Shown here piece by piece: positions 39,880 through 53,864 of a DNA stretch of 64,000 nucleotides. A program made the position numbers and the translations under genes. The DNA is from Glaucostegus cemiculus. Its lineage: Eukaryota. The stretch lies in contig CDPCPM010000033.1 of assembly GCA_976551045.1 (NCBI GenBank), positions 17,670,001 to 17,734,000 of the forward strand. The letters run 5' to 3'. Within the stretch, counting starts at the first letter, position 1. Every line of letters begins with the position of its first letter. The notes below the pieces were generated by a model that saw only the letters and a list, made by a program, of their open reading frames with translations, was not told the DNA's origin and ran no database searches.

Positions 39880-41670
39880 GTGCAATCTAGAGTAACAGGT
39901 TCAAAAGCTGAACTGAGTAAACACAAACATAGAAGATATAAACAAACTGGCACAACACAAAATATTGGCAAGGTAGCTGATGGATCGATGGCAACAAAAT
40001 AATTTGTGACAGTGACAAAAGACAACAACCAACATTTTAAGAGAGAAACTCAAGGCTAATCAAAAAGCAGATGTTTAAATCTTTGCTGGCCAAGATGAGA
40101 TGCCAAATGACTGCAGGTCAGAAAATATGCCTTTATTCAAGAAAGGCAGCAGGAATAAGCCAGCTAATTATAGCCCAAGTCTAACATCAGTGGTAAGGAA
40201 GTTATCGGAAAAAAATTTGAGGAACAGGAATCAAAGATAGTCAGTATGGTTTTGTTAGCAGGAAAACCTGTCTGGCAAATTTGACTGAATTTTTCCCAAA
40301 GAGGTAACACAGAATCAGGATCAGTGCCTTATATGACGCAAAATGTGTTGTCTTGCGGCAGCAGTACAGTGAAAAGACATAAAATTACCATAAATTACAA
40401 AATAAATAAATAGTGCATTAAAAATAACTTGGATGAGGATGTGGAAGGGTGGGTTAGTAAGTTTGCTGATGATACAAAGGTTGGTGGTGTTGTGGATAGT
40501 GTAGAAGGTTGCTGTAGATTATAACAGGATATTGATAGAATGCAGAGCTGGGCTGAGAAGTGGCAGATGCAGTTCAACCCAGATAGGCGTGAGGTGATAC
40601 ACTTCAGGAGATCGAATCTGAAGGCAGATTACAAGGTTAATGGCAGGACTCTTAGCAGTGTGGAGGAACAAAGGAATCTTGGGATCCACATCCATAGATA
40701 CCTCAAGGTTGCCACACAGGTCAACAGGGTTGACAAGAAGGCATATGGAGTGTTGACCTTCATTAGTCGGGGTATTGAGTTCAAGAGCTGTGAGGTGATG
40801 TTGCACCTCTATAGAACTCTGGTCAGACCACATTTGGAGTATTGTGTTCAGTTCTGGTCACCTCATTATAGGAAGGATGTGGAAGCTTTAGAGAGGGTGC
40901 AGAGGAGATTTACCAGGATGTTGCTGGATTGGAGAGCATGTCTTATGAGGATAGGTTGAGCGAACTACAGCTTTTCTCTTTGGAAAGGAGGATGAGAGGT
41001 GACTTAATAGAGGTGTACATGACATTAAGAGGCATAGATTGAGTGGACAGTCAGAGACTTTTTCCCAGTGCGACAATGGCTATCACGAGGGGAAATAATC
41101 TTGTGATTGGAGGAAGGTATAAGGGGGATGTCAGGTTTTTTTTTACACAGAGAGTAGTGGGTGCATGGAACACACTGCCTGCAGAGGTTGTGGGGGCAGA
41201 TACATTAGGGACATTTAAGAGAGTCTTAGATAGACACATGAATGATAGAAAAATAGGGGGCTATGTGGGAGGGAAGGGTTAAATAGATCTTAGAGCAGGA
41301 TAAAACGTCGGCACAACATTGTGAGCTGAAGGGTCTGTACTGTGCTGTAGTATTCTATGTTCAAAAAAGTAATGGCAAGGTAGTGTTCATAGGCCATTCA
41401 GAAAACTGATGGCAGAGGGAAAGAAGCTGATCCTAAATCGTTGAGTGTGGGTCTTCAGGCTCTTGTAGCTCCTCGCCACGGTAGTAATGAGGACATGTCC
41501 CAGATGGTGAGGGTCCTTATTGATGGATGCCCATGTTGTGATGGGTGCCCAAGAGTTATGCCCAAGATAGAGCTGGCTGATATATCACAGTATATCAAGG
41601 AAGGCAGTGTGGTTGATATAATTAACATAGATTTCAGTAACACCTTTGATATGGCCTCACATGGAGACTG
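39880..41670 (+). mobile_element. Nested cluster: old CR1 interrupted by a Rex1-type 3' end (minus), itself interrupted by a younger CR1
   Basis: The old CR1 breaks at ..EVT (~40310) and resumes at YIKEGSVVDIINIDFS (~41590). The Rex pieces lie at ~40311-40417 and ~41363-41580. Confidence 0.75.
40420..41362 (+). mobile_element. CR1 LINE 3' ~940 bp, relatively young
   Basis: KFADDTK, WAEKWQMQFN and LVRPHLEYCVQFWSPHYRKDVEALERVQRRFTRM, ending in the TATTCTATGTTC tail. Confidence 0.92.
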
Positions 41671-42419
41671 GTCAGAAGTGGAGCAGTCAGAGGATTTCCT
41701 CATTGGGCCTGGCTAAGGTGGCCATGCACAGAACAGGCAGCAGGTCACTGTCATCTTCTGAAGTTAGCTCTGTGCCCAGAGGGAGTATAGGGAGCATACA
41801 GGCTTGCAGTGTCCATTGGATCAGTAAAAACCTTCCAGGACTGGTGGGCAACCCAGGACTGGAGTGCATTTTGATCAAGGAGGATAATATTTTAAATTTC
41901 AGTATTTTGTTTATGTTTTAAGTAAAAGTTATTTTAAAACAAACAAAACACAAAATGAGGGTCTGTGGATAAAGGTGAACAATCGGAAAGAAGTCATCGA
42001 TAGCACTTAGACTTTCAGCCCAGAAAGGTCTTTTCAGGCTCTACATCTGTATGCTTCACTATGTTAAAAATGTTATGACACCATAAAATTGTGCACCTCT
42101 GTAATTAAAGATTTACTCCGGTTTAATTTGTGAAAGGTTACATTTGGTAATGCCCACCCATTTGAGTAACTAAGTATTTCTGAAAGGATGAAAGTAATGG
42201 GCTCATGACTACAATCATAATTTGAGCGGTCCACACTTGAAGAATCTGCTTGCAATTTACTCACAACTCTGCATCTCGAGTTGTTTTTCACTACTTTTTA
42301 TATTGTAGCCCGTCCTCTGAATGTTTTTTTAAAAAAATCTGTGGCCATTAATTACAAGCTTTTAAAAAATGCAATCCAAAATCAGAAAAGGCCTCAATTT
42401 AAATTAAAGTCTAAGTAAC

Positions 42420-43270
42420 TGACACACACGCACAAGAGAGAAAGCGAGGGCGGTTAAAAACAACATACAGCTGCTTGAGTGATTGGGATCGTCTGCTTCA
42501 CACCCGTCCGTCGACATCCACATCAAACAAAACTAGTTCTTTTTGGTGGTCAGGGCGTTCCCAGCGACTCAGCAACAAGTCGTCGCAGTTGCAGCTCGCC
42601 AGCCAGTCCGCACCCTGCCCTTTCCAGCCACTGACACACCAACCGTGCGTGGCTTCCCCTCCCTTCCCTTCCCCTCCCCTCCCCCCCCCCCCCAGCACCC
42701 GCCACCAACCCAACGGCGGACGACCAGCCTCGCGGGCCCGGGGCCCCGCAACTTTTTCCAGAACTTTCCAGCGGCGCCGCCGCGGCAACGGGTCCCACTC
42801 CATTCGGCCCAGTGCCGCTTTCAACTCGCCGACATTGAGGATCCGCGATCCTCCCACGCAACTGATTCGGCGAAAAGTTCGGGGAATGAAATGTGTGATT
42901 TAAAAAAAAACCTTCCGACTTACCGAGGAGACTTGGCGGTAAAAGGATAGCGGGGTCTCCCGGGCTAAACTTTAAAACTTATCGACTCGGGATGGAACTT
43001 TCCTATTTTTCAGTCGCCCTTCGCCACATTACGACCCAGCCGAGAGCCACTCTCCTCCCACAGACACCAATGAGGTCATTGGAATGGAAACTCAGGTCCC
43101 GCCTCTTCTCCCTGTTCCTCACTGGCTCACTCCCACAGTCTGCAATTCCCCAGACACCTTCTCCACCGGATAACTGGTCTCTAGACCGTCAATCTCATTT
43201 CGGGCTCGCCCACTGAAAGGGAACCCACCAAACAGGTTACACATTGCCTCGCAGGTTGCGAGGCAAAGTC
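42420..43270 (-). promoter_or_regulatory. TANC1: CpG island / TANC1 promoter with non-coding exon 1 (donor after 42924)
   Basis: This is the only GC- and CpG-dense non-repeat region. Minus-strand donor CG|gtaagt at 42918-42923, CCAAT at ~43067 and a GC box at ~43098. It lies upstream of the TANC1 coding exons. The TSS cannot be determined from sequence. Confidence 0.75.
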
Positions 43271-44399
43271 ACCCTTAAGTCACCTGAACAATGAAGTGGT
43301 ACCCAGATCGTCAGCAGCAACTAAAAAACAAGTGCCATTTCAGGCGAAAAAGACATGGGCGGATTACGAGAGGAGGCGAGAGGCTGGACGTGGATCATTT
43401 TGTGGGAAACTGTGAGGTTGTGTTCTTGAGTGTAGAGGGATCCGAGGCACTAATTAACCGTACACCATGCAAGCACTTGGGAAGGCAGAGGATGTTACAG
43501 GACAAAAATGCAAAGCTTTGTATACAGTTTCGCCAAGATCCCATTTGGCGTGCAGTTTTGGTCTCCCGACCCGAGGAGAGACTTACAGGCCTTTTTAAAA
43601 AAATGTATTGTAGGTTGCTGCATAGGATGAGGATTTACGTATTGAGTGAGCTTGGTGAAGGTAGAAACCTGGAGGTTAGAAGATAGATTATTTTATTGAG
43701 AGGCACAAGATTCAATCTTAATGTGGTACAGAGGCTTGAATTTTACTGGTGTGATGCCCTCTGCAATAGGGTAGGGTCACCCATTCTTTTATTTCTGGCA
43801 TATGCACTTCATTGGAAAGGCCAACATCTAACGCCCATCCCTTATTTCACTTGAGAAAGCAATGGTTTGGAGGCATTGGCTTGGAGTGCTGGCTTTGTTT
43901 TTCCCTTTCTCTGCATGTGTTTTCTGGTCTGCTGAGTGCCTGGAGTGTTTCTTGTTTTATTGATTTCCAGCATCTTCAGTTTTTACCTTCCATTCTGTGG
44001 CCAGTTCTGATGCAAGTTCATAAATCTGTAACATCTCATTTTCCTTCTCCCCCCAGGAAGCTGCCCATCCTTCTGAAATAAGTGTTAATATTGCAAAAGC
44101 CCAGTTTTCCAGCAATTGCTGTGTCCCATTACTGGCAGTTCCAAGATTTTCTTCAATTTCCCTAATTATACCTCCTCCAGAGAAATCAGCTGCCACAAAC
44201 AAGCCTTCACCTCCTCCTCTCAGCAAACATCAGTCTATCCATCCATTTTTTCCTTAATCTCCAAGCACAGACATTTCCTTAATCCTTCCACCCTCCCCTC
44301 AGAAACCTAATGCAGATTTTCTAAATTTTCCTAGCTCTATTGAAAGATCATCAACCTGAAGTATTAACTCTCTGGGTGCTGCCTAACTCAGTATTCCAT

Positions 44400-45650
44400 A
44401 GGATCATACGTCACAAAAAAAATGGGCCCTTCCAGCCCAACTGATGCCTATCTACACTAACACCATTTGCCTACATTAGACTTGTAATATAGGCAAATGG
44501 TATTAGTGTAGATAGCAAAAGTATATACAGGCTATAAAGGCTATTCAAGTGCCTCCTAAATAATGTAATTGTATCTACCTCTAGCATCTCCCCTGGAAAC
44601 TCATTCCAGATGCCCACTATTCTGTATGAAAAATTACCACTCAGATCTTCTTTAAATTTCTCTCTCACCTTAAGCCCATGCCCTCTAGTTCTAGGTTCCT
44701 CTGCCCTGGTAAAGGACCCTTTCCATCCCATCCATGCCCCTTGAATTTTAAGCACTTCTATAAGGTCACCCCTCAGCCTCCTACATTCCAGTAGGAATGA
44801 ACCCAACCTCTGATTTCTTATCACTGCAGCCCTCCATTCTGGGAAACATCCTGACAAAAATCTCTTCTGCACTCTATTTCTACCACATCCTTCCTGTGGT
44901 GACTAGAAATGTACACTGTACTCCAAGTGCAGTCTAACCAATATTTTGCACAGTTGCAATGTGTCCCAACTCATACTCAATGTCTCAGCCAATGGAGGCA
45001 AAAACACCAAATGCTCCTCCACTACCCTATTCATGTGTTGTCACTTTCATCAAGTTATGGACTTGCATGCCAACATCCCTCTGTACATCAATGTTCCTAA
45101 GGTCTCTGCCACTTACTCTACATGTCCTTCCAAAACCCCAAACTGCATAACCTCATCTGTATTACATTTCACTTGACATCTCTGCCTGACTTTCCAGCTA
45201 ATATCCCACTATAACCTTAACCAATGTTCTTCACTCTGCAACTCCACAATATTCATATCCTCTGCAAACTTAATCAAGCCACCTACATTCTCATCCACAT
45301 CATTTACACATATTACAAACATTGGTTCTAGCACCAATCCCTGCAGTCCAGTCAGGGAAGCACCCATCCACCACTACCCTCTGCCCCCAGCACAAAGCCA
45401 ATTTTTGATCCAGTCGACCCCAGATCCTTTTTGCCTTAAAGTTCAGGACCAACTTACCATGCAAGCCTTTGCTAAAGTCCATGTAAACCATGCGTCTTGT
45501 CCTGCCTTCAATTTTCTTAGTTACCTCCTCAAAGAGAGACAGGATCTCCCCTCAACAAAGTCATATTGACACTTTCTAATAAGTCCCCACCTTTCTGACA
45601 GAACACAAAACATCCCTCAGCATCTTCAACAACTTTTAACCATTAACACA
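44400..45650 (-). mobile_element. CR1 LINE fragment
   Basis: ORFs with RRLRGDLIEVLKI and VYMDFSK...GQRVVVDG. Confidence 0.85.
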
Positions 45651-46359
45651 ATTCTTGTTGATAGTAGGAAAAAGGTCAGAAAGTGGCTACTGGCTGCCAG
45701 TTACCCTGCTTCTCTCATGCTACTGTCACCACAAGTGATGACAGGTCAGCCACATGAAATATTACAGTATTTCCTGCATTTTCTGTTTTTATTATAGTAG
45801 CTACATGGCTTGTAGAATTACATTTCTGGTGAAGAGTAACCAAAGCTTAGCAATGGATATTCTGTTGAATGTCAGAGGAAACTCTCTTGTTGGAAATAGA
45901 AATTGTTATTTACCTCTCCACTGACAATTCCTGACGACCTGAATATTTTCAGAGTTTTATTATTCTCATTGCTTCTACATCATTCTTGGTAATATTGGTC
46001 ATAAGTGCTGTCAAGGCAACTTAGGCAAGTAAGTGCAGGTACAAATGAAACCCAAACATTTTTTTTATCATTACTTAATATGACAAACTTACAAGGTGGT
46101 GTGGAAGGAAAGTCACTGGTGCTGCAACTGAAGATTGTAGTGCTTGGGAGCCATCCTAAAAACTTCAGGTGCTGTATTGATTGACCTCAACATACAAACC
46201 ATAATCCTGTATCAGATATGGCTATAGCTAGTGAAAAAACAATACTCAGTTCTATTAATGAATAGATTTACCATGGTTTGATGCCCCAATCCATCCAAAT
46301 GTTGCCTTTGGGATTGGATACAGAAACTAAAAATCTGACAATGAGGTTTGGAGCTTGGA

Positions 46360-47510
46360 GTCATAGAAAGTCAAAGTAATACAGCATGGAAACAGAGTCT
46401 TTGGCCTAACTCATCCATGACTCCCATTTGCCTGATTGGCTCATATCTCTAAACCTTTCTTAGCCATATACATATCCAACTGTCTTAAATGTTATTTTAC
46501 CTGCCACTTTCTCTGGTAGCTCATTCCATATATGCAATACCTTCTGCATGAAGTAGCCCCTCATGTCCCCTTAAAATCTTTCCCCTCACTTTAAACCTAT
46601 ACCCTCTAGGTTTTTTTTTTAATTATTCCCTTTCCCTAGGAAAGAACCATATGTATTCACCCTACCTATGCCCCTCATGATTTTATACACCTCTGAAGGT
46701 CACCCACTCAGGTCTACTACACTTCAATGAATGAAGTCCTAACTGGCAAACCTCTCACTATAACTCAGGCCCTTATGTCCTGGCAACATCCTCATACATC
46801 TTCTTTGCACTCTTCCCAGTGTAAAGACACCTTTCCTATAAGAGGGCAACCAAAACCACACACAATGCTCCAGGTGCAGCCTCACATCATGTCCCAACTC
46901 CTATACTCAACACCCCAACAGAAGGCCAGCATGCCAAACACCTTTGCTACCCCGTCTACTTGCAACACCACTTTCAGGGGGTTATGTACTTGTATTCCTA
47001 GGTCCCTGTTCCATGACACTTCCCAGGGCCCTGCCATTCACTGTACAAGTTCTACCCTGGTTTGATATCCCACCTCACACTCACCTAGATTGAATATCAT
47101 TCTTCAGCTGACTTAGCAAGTGCCTTGTAATTTTTGATAACCTTCATTGCCTATGATGCCTTTTTTGGTGTTATCCATAAACTTACTAACCACATCTTAC
47201 ACATTCTCAATCAAATCATTTATACAAATGACAAAAAACAATGGGCCCAGCACCGATCCCTGCGGCAAACTACTAGTCACAGGCTTCTAATCCAAAAACC
47301 TTCTGCCATTGCCATTTCCCCCACCATCAAGCCAATTGTGTATCCACTTAGCTAGCTCTCCCCAAATCCCATGCTATCTAACCTTCTAGACTAGCCTTCC
47401 ATGCAGGACCTTGTCAAAAAGGCCTTGCAGAAGTTCATATAGACAACATCAACTGCTCTGCCCTCAATCCTCTTAGTTACCTCTTCAAATAAAAAGATCA
47501 AAAACTTATT
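46360..47510 (-). mobile_element. CR1 LINE fragment
   Basis: FEEVTKRIEGRAVDVVYMNFCKAF at 47391-47490, with a CR1 3' end near 46360. Confidence 0.85.
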
Positions 47511-48780
47511 CCTGGCAGAACACATTCTGAATCTCAATAAGCAGATTAATGGCGAGTGAATGCAATTTGGATGTGACATTGTCAATGAGACTTGAGTAAT
47601 CTTATATAGTGGTAAATGGCCAGAGGATATAGCCAGGCAATTTTCTACAATTTTGGGTTGTAGCATGTGTCACATTCAGCATTTTCAGTAATGAATATTA
47701 AAACTGGATCAACCACATGAAAGTCACAAATGCTTCAACCTTGTTTTGTACTAATACTGTGTTATGCAGATGGAGGATGATGATATTAATGGAGTACCTG
47801 TCTGCAAGCATGCCAGCCATTGTACATTTTCACACATGAATGGAATTGGCAGAATTGCAGAGCTCAAATTTGATATCATGTAACTACCTCTGGGTCCTCT
47901 TCAACAAGCACAGATGTGTTTTTAAAAAAGTGTTGCTGCTGGAATGCTCTTCTACAACCTAACTAAACCAGGGATGCCATTCACCATCTCCATCTTTTGA
48001 AACCTTGGGGTACAGGTCAGAGGATGGACATTTAAATAATGCCAATTATTTTGCGGTTCTCACATATGGGCACCTGTTCAGGCAAAGTCTGCAAGTTTTG
48101 TAATTCATTAGTTGGCTACAAAGGTCAATAAATAAAATGATACTGAGTACCCTGTACAACTATCTGAAAGGAAAGAATCTCCAGGGCTTTGGGGAGATTG
48201 GATTGATGGTGGAGAGAAGATAAACAGTAGAACAAAGGCAAGTGGGATTCACCAGATTGCCCTTACAAAAGTCTGTAAGGATGTATTGGTCCAAAAAACC
48301 TCTTTCTATGTTGCAACTATTCAGATAAGAGGATAGCTGAAGGAATTAAAATGCAACACTAGAAATCAGCCAAGTTGAACAGGTCAACAAATGGTTTATT
48401 AGCAACAAGGGAAGGTGAAGCAAGTTTCATTTTTGTTCCTTTTCTAAACTAATAACTGCAAACTAATTCATCTGAAAATTCATCTACACATCTTGAAGTT
48501 AATCATTAATTTCCAAGGACAGCTACATGGTTACTTCCATTTGTGCAATTAGTAGCCAAAATAGAAATTAAATCACAAGTACTAAACAAGTCACTCCATG
48601 GTATGCAATTTGAACCAAAATGTCACAAATCATTCCAATCCACTAAAGCCAACTTTTGCAAGGATACAAAGTTCTAACTCTGCACTTGTGGAATAATTGC
48701 AATAAAGTTTTAATCAGGTTTTCTTCACATCAGTTTAGTGGCAGCTGCTGGCTGTACACTTGGCAAGTAATTAAGTTCTT

Positions 48781-48891
48781 TCAACATTTTCGTGGCTGGT
48801 GAATAAGGTGAATGCACCTTGCTGGTGAAAACTTCTCCAGAGCTGGCAGAGGTTTTTGATGTGCAATTGTAGATGGAAAGTTACGGCTCAG
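48781..48891 (-). CDS. DAPL1: DAPL1 last coding exon (LSRNFPSTIAHQKPLPALEKFSPARCIHLIHQPRKC*)
   Basis: Matches human DAPL1 [38 protein letters not shown]. Acceptor ccaatttttag, stop TGA at 48781-48783. Position between PKP4 and TANC1 is syntenic. Confidence 0.95.
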   Translation of the reverse strand: MSRNFPSTIAHQKPLPALEKFSPARCIHLIHQPRKC

Positions 48892-50020
48892 CTAAAAATT
48901 GGAAATAAATATACATAATTAGCCCTTTCTTTGAAAAAAAACTTGTTTCAGGTGCAGGATCAAAAGGGAGTTATTTGTAGGCATTTTATTAATACTGTTC
49001 ATATTGTGGAAGCAGTAAAATCATAGCCAGTCTGTCAAGGAAGACAATCCTAGTTGTATTTGACTAGAGTTTTAGGGTCATTGCAATGGCAACTTTTCTA
49101 TTATGGGTCAAATGAATTGCCATTTTTGGCATTCAACTACCAAATCACCAAAAACTCAACATAATACCAGATTGGTTTCCTTGTTTTAGTCTATTCCCTT
49201 ATTTCCCCTAAAGAAACTGGGGATGCCAGATGGAATTAAGTGGGGACCATAAAATGAGATTTCATTTTTAAAAATCTTAAGCCACCCACTAGACTTAACA
49301 CTCAAGGCCATTTCTGTTATGTTTCTGTTAAAGGGGAGAACTACTCTGCTGCTAAACCAGACAAATTAAAAAAAAATTGATAGAGAAAGAAACAACCCAA
49401 GGTCTAAAGTACAGATGCTGAGTTATCTCCCATGATATTTGCCATTCTGGATTCCAGACCAGCATTTACAATTCTTCCTTCATTAAAATTTAAAGAGATG
49501 AATGACTGAACTTGTAAAGAATGTGTCATTTTCAATAATTTAGAACTTATTTGTAAACTACAATTTGGTAATGATTAAACATAAATTAATCCATCATTGA
49601 CAGTGCAAAGTTACAGTTACATGTCATTCTAGTATGGACTCTTACAGGCATCACCATTCCTCTCCACCCCCCACCCCCAAAAGAAAGGTTTGACTGCTCC
49701 AATCAAGCAAATCTGCCAAATATTAAATGAAGTGAATTCATTTTACCATCTCAGTCCCTCCTAAGGTATGGGGGGACCAAGTTATAGTTATATGGGTGCA
49801 GGCAAGGTTCTGGCACTTCAAACTGTAAGCATAAATGTTTGAGTTACTGGACCATGAATTTTTATGGGGAAAAAAAACTGAAAGGTATGCCAATATTACA
49901 ACAAATTTTCTCATTTCATGAGTACCAAATGAAATGAAAGAATACAGAGTCTAACAACTACACAGATTTGTGCAAGCTTAGTTGTTTTGAAACATATTGG
50001 TAATATTTTTAAGTACTCAC

Positions 50021-50072
50021 CTTGTCAATAGTTCTAGCCAAGGTAAAGCTCATTTTAGATGCATTAATAGCA
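50021..50072 (-). CDS. DAPL1: DAPL1 exon 3 (S-AINASKMSFTLARTIDK)
   Basis: Acceptor tatttttcag, donor gtgagt, 52 nt, phase 2 to 0. Resembles SAIANVAKIQTLDALNDALEK. Confidence 0.88.
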
Positions 50073-50669
50073 CTGAAAAATATAGAAAAAGTAATTCTAT
50101 TACATAGAATCCATTTTTGACAGGAATCTGTAAACAAATGACACTAGGAAGGCAAGGCAGACAAGTACTACTCCTCAGGCAATGGAAGAGGAGATGGAGA
50201 GGGAGGAAAAAAAATAACCAACTCCACCAGTAGAGAACTAACTAAATAATTGTTTCCCAACCCTTCTCTTCCCTGACCCACCAAACCACCCCCAACCACA
50301 CACACCAAGCTCATGTAAAAATATTAAAGCAGGAAGAGATCTTTGTGCAGGACTGGCCATATCACTACGGTGGAAAATCCAATTTCAAGTATTAAATGAC
50401 ATTCAAGTAATACACTATAGATAAAGAACATTTATGCCAGGATATTGAACTGAATGGCCTCAAGTGTTTTGCCATGAAACAAAATTCATAAAATTGTATA
50501 TACATATGGCTGTACTGAGGAAAAAACTAAAGATTGACAATAAGGAGATAAGACTGTCACATTTTTTGCATCTAGTCTACATTCCCTCTTAAGGGAGGAT
50601 TTATAAAGCTCCTAGTTCATTTGGTATATTATTGCAATGAAACCTACATATGGAGGTAGTCTTTCTGTT

Positions 50670-51470
50670 CTACAACCTTTCCCTCAATGTCAACAAAACA
50701 AAAGAGCTGGTCATTGACTTCAGGAAAGGGGGTGGCATACATGCACCAGTCTACATCAATGGTGCCGAGGTTGAGAGGGTTGAAACCTTCAAGTTCCTGA
50801 GTATGAACACCACCAACAGCCTGTCCTGGCCAAATCACATAGATGCCACAGCCAAGAAAGCTCACCAGCACCTCTACTTCCTCAGGAGGCTAAAGAAATT
50901 TGGTTTGTCCCCTTTGACTCTCACCAACTTTTACCAATGCACCATAGAAAGCATACTATTGTGATATATCACAGCTTGTTATGGCAACTGCTCTGCCCAG
51001 GACAGCAAGAAGCTGCAGAGAGTTGTGGACGCAGCCCAGTGCATCACAAACACCAGCCTCCCCTCCTTGGACTGTCTTTACCTCTTGTTGTCTTGGTGTA
51101 GCAGCCAGCATAATCAAAGACCCCACCCAGGACATTCTCTCTTCTCTCCTCTTCCATTAGGTAGAGGATACAGGTGCACATACTACCAGACTTAAGGACC
51201 CCACTGTGATGACTATTATAAAGGCTCCCTTATACAATGAGATGGACTATGACCTCACGATCTACCTTGTTGTGACCTTGCACCTATTGCACAGCACCTT
51301 CTCTGTAGCTGTGACACTTTATACTGTTATTGTTTTTATCTGTACTACATCAATGCACTCTGTACTAACTCAATGTAACTGCACTGTGTAATGAATTGAC
51401 CTGTATGATCAGTTTGTACAACAAGCTTTTCACTGTACCTTGGTACAAGTGGAATAAACCAATACCAATA
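50670..51470 (+). mobile_element. Rex1/Babar-type LINE 3' fragment
   Basis: NLSLNVNKTKELVIDFRK...KKAHQHLYFLRRLKKF. It ends in TTTTCACTGTACCTTGGTACAAGTGGAATAAACCAATACC. Confidence 0.88.
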
Positions 51471-52112
51471 TTGCCAGTTTGTTCAATTAATTTATCAATA
51501 TATTAAGCATGAACTATAGCAGAAATGACAATTGTCTAGAGGTGTGGCTAAACTGAAAAAAAAAATTGCTTTGAGGTTAGTCTAATTTCCTGAACCAAAT
51601 AAAGTCCCAATCAATATAAAAATCATATAGCTTTTAGTGAAAAGCCCTGATGATTGTTGCATGCAAACTTTTCCTTTGCTTATAAACTAGTACAGCCAAT
51701 TCAGCTCAAGAGTTATATTCTGAACCAAAGTCAAAATTTGAGTGGGGCACTGGCAATTTAAAAAATATTTCCACCTGTCCAATTTATTGATGTTAATTAG
51801 TCACAAACACAAATGGGAGTTCAGACAAGAGGCAAACACATGCAAAATACATTTGCAAGTATGTCAGATGCATTGGTAGTTGCCAACGAGGAACTGATCA
51901 CCACAAATAGTAAAAGACATTGAAATTTGCTTCAAGAATGGCTCTGACCTCAGATGGAATACTTGGTCAATCTTAACTAAAAAAATGTTTCTTTGGTCTA
52001 TCATTTGCAGGACTGAAGGTCTATTACTGTATTCTCATACTAACCATGCAGGAAGTAATCAGCTTTATACATTCACCAAACACAAGTTATAAATGGATGT
52101 AGAATCATTTAC

Positions 52113-52182
52113 CTCGAGCTTTGAAAAGACTTGATTTTTTGGTCAGTTTTTTCCTCTTGTTTGGCAACCTTCATACTATTAC
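52113..52182 (-). CDS. DAPL1: DAPL1 exon 2 (G-NSMKVAKQEEKTDQKIKSFQSS)
   Basis: Acceptor ttttctgttcacaaag, donor gtaaat, 70 nt, phase 1 to 2, which fits exon 3. MKVAKQE resembles MRISKKQE. Confidence 0.75.
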
Positions 52183-53864
52183 CTTTGTGAACAGAAAAGT
52201 GTATAATATTCTCTATATTGACACATTTGTCAACAAATTACCATCATTTTGAAACTCCATGAATTGAATCGTAGTGCTATCCTTCTTTATGGAAATTTGA
52301 TGCAGTAATTACAAACCATATTTGTTCATGGGCAAAACAGATTTAACAAAAAAATCAGCAGACACACTTTAAAAATAAATCAAAACATGATATAAATGCA
52401 CAAAGACTTTTTGATTACTAGGAACTGTTAAAGTGAACAAGAACTACTTTTAATTATCATTGCTTTTTAAAGATGAGGAATAATAGAAATCAAGTGAGTT
52501 AATTCAGGAAAGCAGCACCAAGAGAAACATTATTGTTTGATCTGCCTCTATTTATGTTCTAATGTTATATTTCTTTTTAAAATGGTTATTGCCTGTACTT
52601 TTGCCAATAACTTCAAAAAGAACAAAAGAAAAAAAAGTCAGCAGCAAAGTGCAAGACAACAATTAAAGGAATCCTGTGCAATGTAAACAGGCACTTTAGG
52701 TCAAGAAACAAAAAGTACAAGGCACAAATAGGAACAGTGGAAATACCAGAAGTTTGCCAAGCTCAAATACCAAGTCCAGGATGTTGTCACATGTCTAAAT
52801 GGAGGACCAGGAATCTTGAAATTGTTAGACTAGTGGAGAGCATCTGAAGACCACAAGATTATAGGAGCAGAACTAGGCCATTCCACCTATCGAGTTTGCT
52901 CATATTTTGTTTTTTTCTTTCAAAGTTGGATGCAGTTAAAACATTTGGGACAGAAAGGTCAGCAAAAAGAAATCAATGATTTGCATAATGGTCAGGCACT
53001 TAAACATTAAAGTGCTTCTCTGCAGATGCTAAAAAGTTCTACATTGTGTTTTGTTTCCCCCCGGATTTTCACCGCAGTATTTTGCATTTGATCAATACTA
53101 ATTATATTTCATATAAAATAAAACTTCCTTGGAAATTTAATCTTGTTCCAAATATAAAATTAATATAAAATGGTTGAAGAGAATTTTGGCAATACTGCAA
53201 AGTTATTGGCCAATTTTTCTTTCATTACTACAGTTCAAGTTTTTGTTTGGGGAAATGGGATGTCAAGTTAACCAAGTTCCTGCAGCATTTACTTTAAACC
53301 TAAAGGCACATGATACATCACCTGATACCAAGAAAAGTCAGTTACAAGGATTTAAAGTAAAATCATTTGCATACTTAATTATCTGAAGGGTGGAAAATCT
53401 TTAAAGGCATGTTTAACACATTAGCCATTTTTGATAAATGTAATGGACACCAATTAGTACAATTTTAATATCTACCAATAACATATTTAAGTGTTGTAAT
53501 ATGGAAAGAAACTTCTAATGTTAACTTGCAATATAACATTCACAGGCAAAACAATGGGTTTCAAACTCTGGAAATATCAGCACTAAATGGATTTTTAGCA
53601 ACCTTGGCCAATAAGATTATTTAGTGATGGATAAAAGAAAATGTCCAATGATAAACACCATCAACAGTGCACATGAAACACTAACTGCATTTTAGATAGA
53701 AGTGTGCCAGGAGTGCTTGTTTACAAGTAAATCCTTAAAAACAGTGTGCAACCTCATTTAGAAATTCACCAAGATATTCAGTGATTGATGACTTCAGACT
53801 AGAATTCTGAACTTGAAGATCAGAAAGTTTGAATGAACTATGGTAGTCTTGTTACAAAAAAAAA

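Noticed and set aside
42475-42950. Several overlapping 100-140 aa ORFs
   Set aside because: These are a by-product of the GC-rich, stop-poor CpG island, giving low-complexity P/G/R peptides with no homology.
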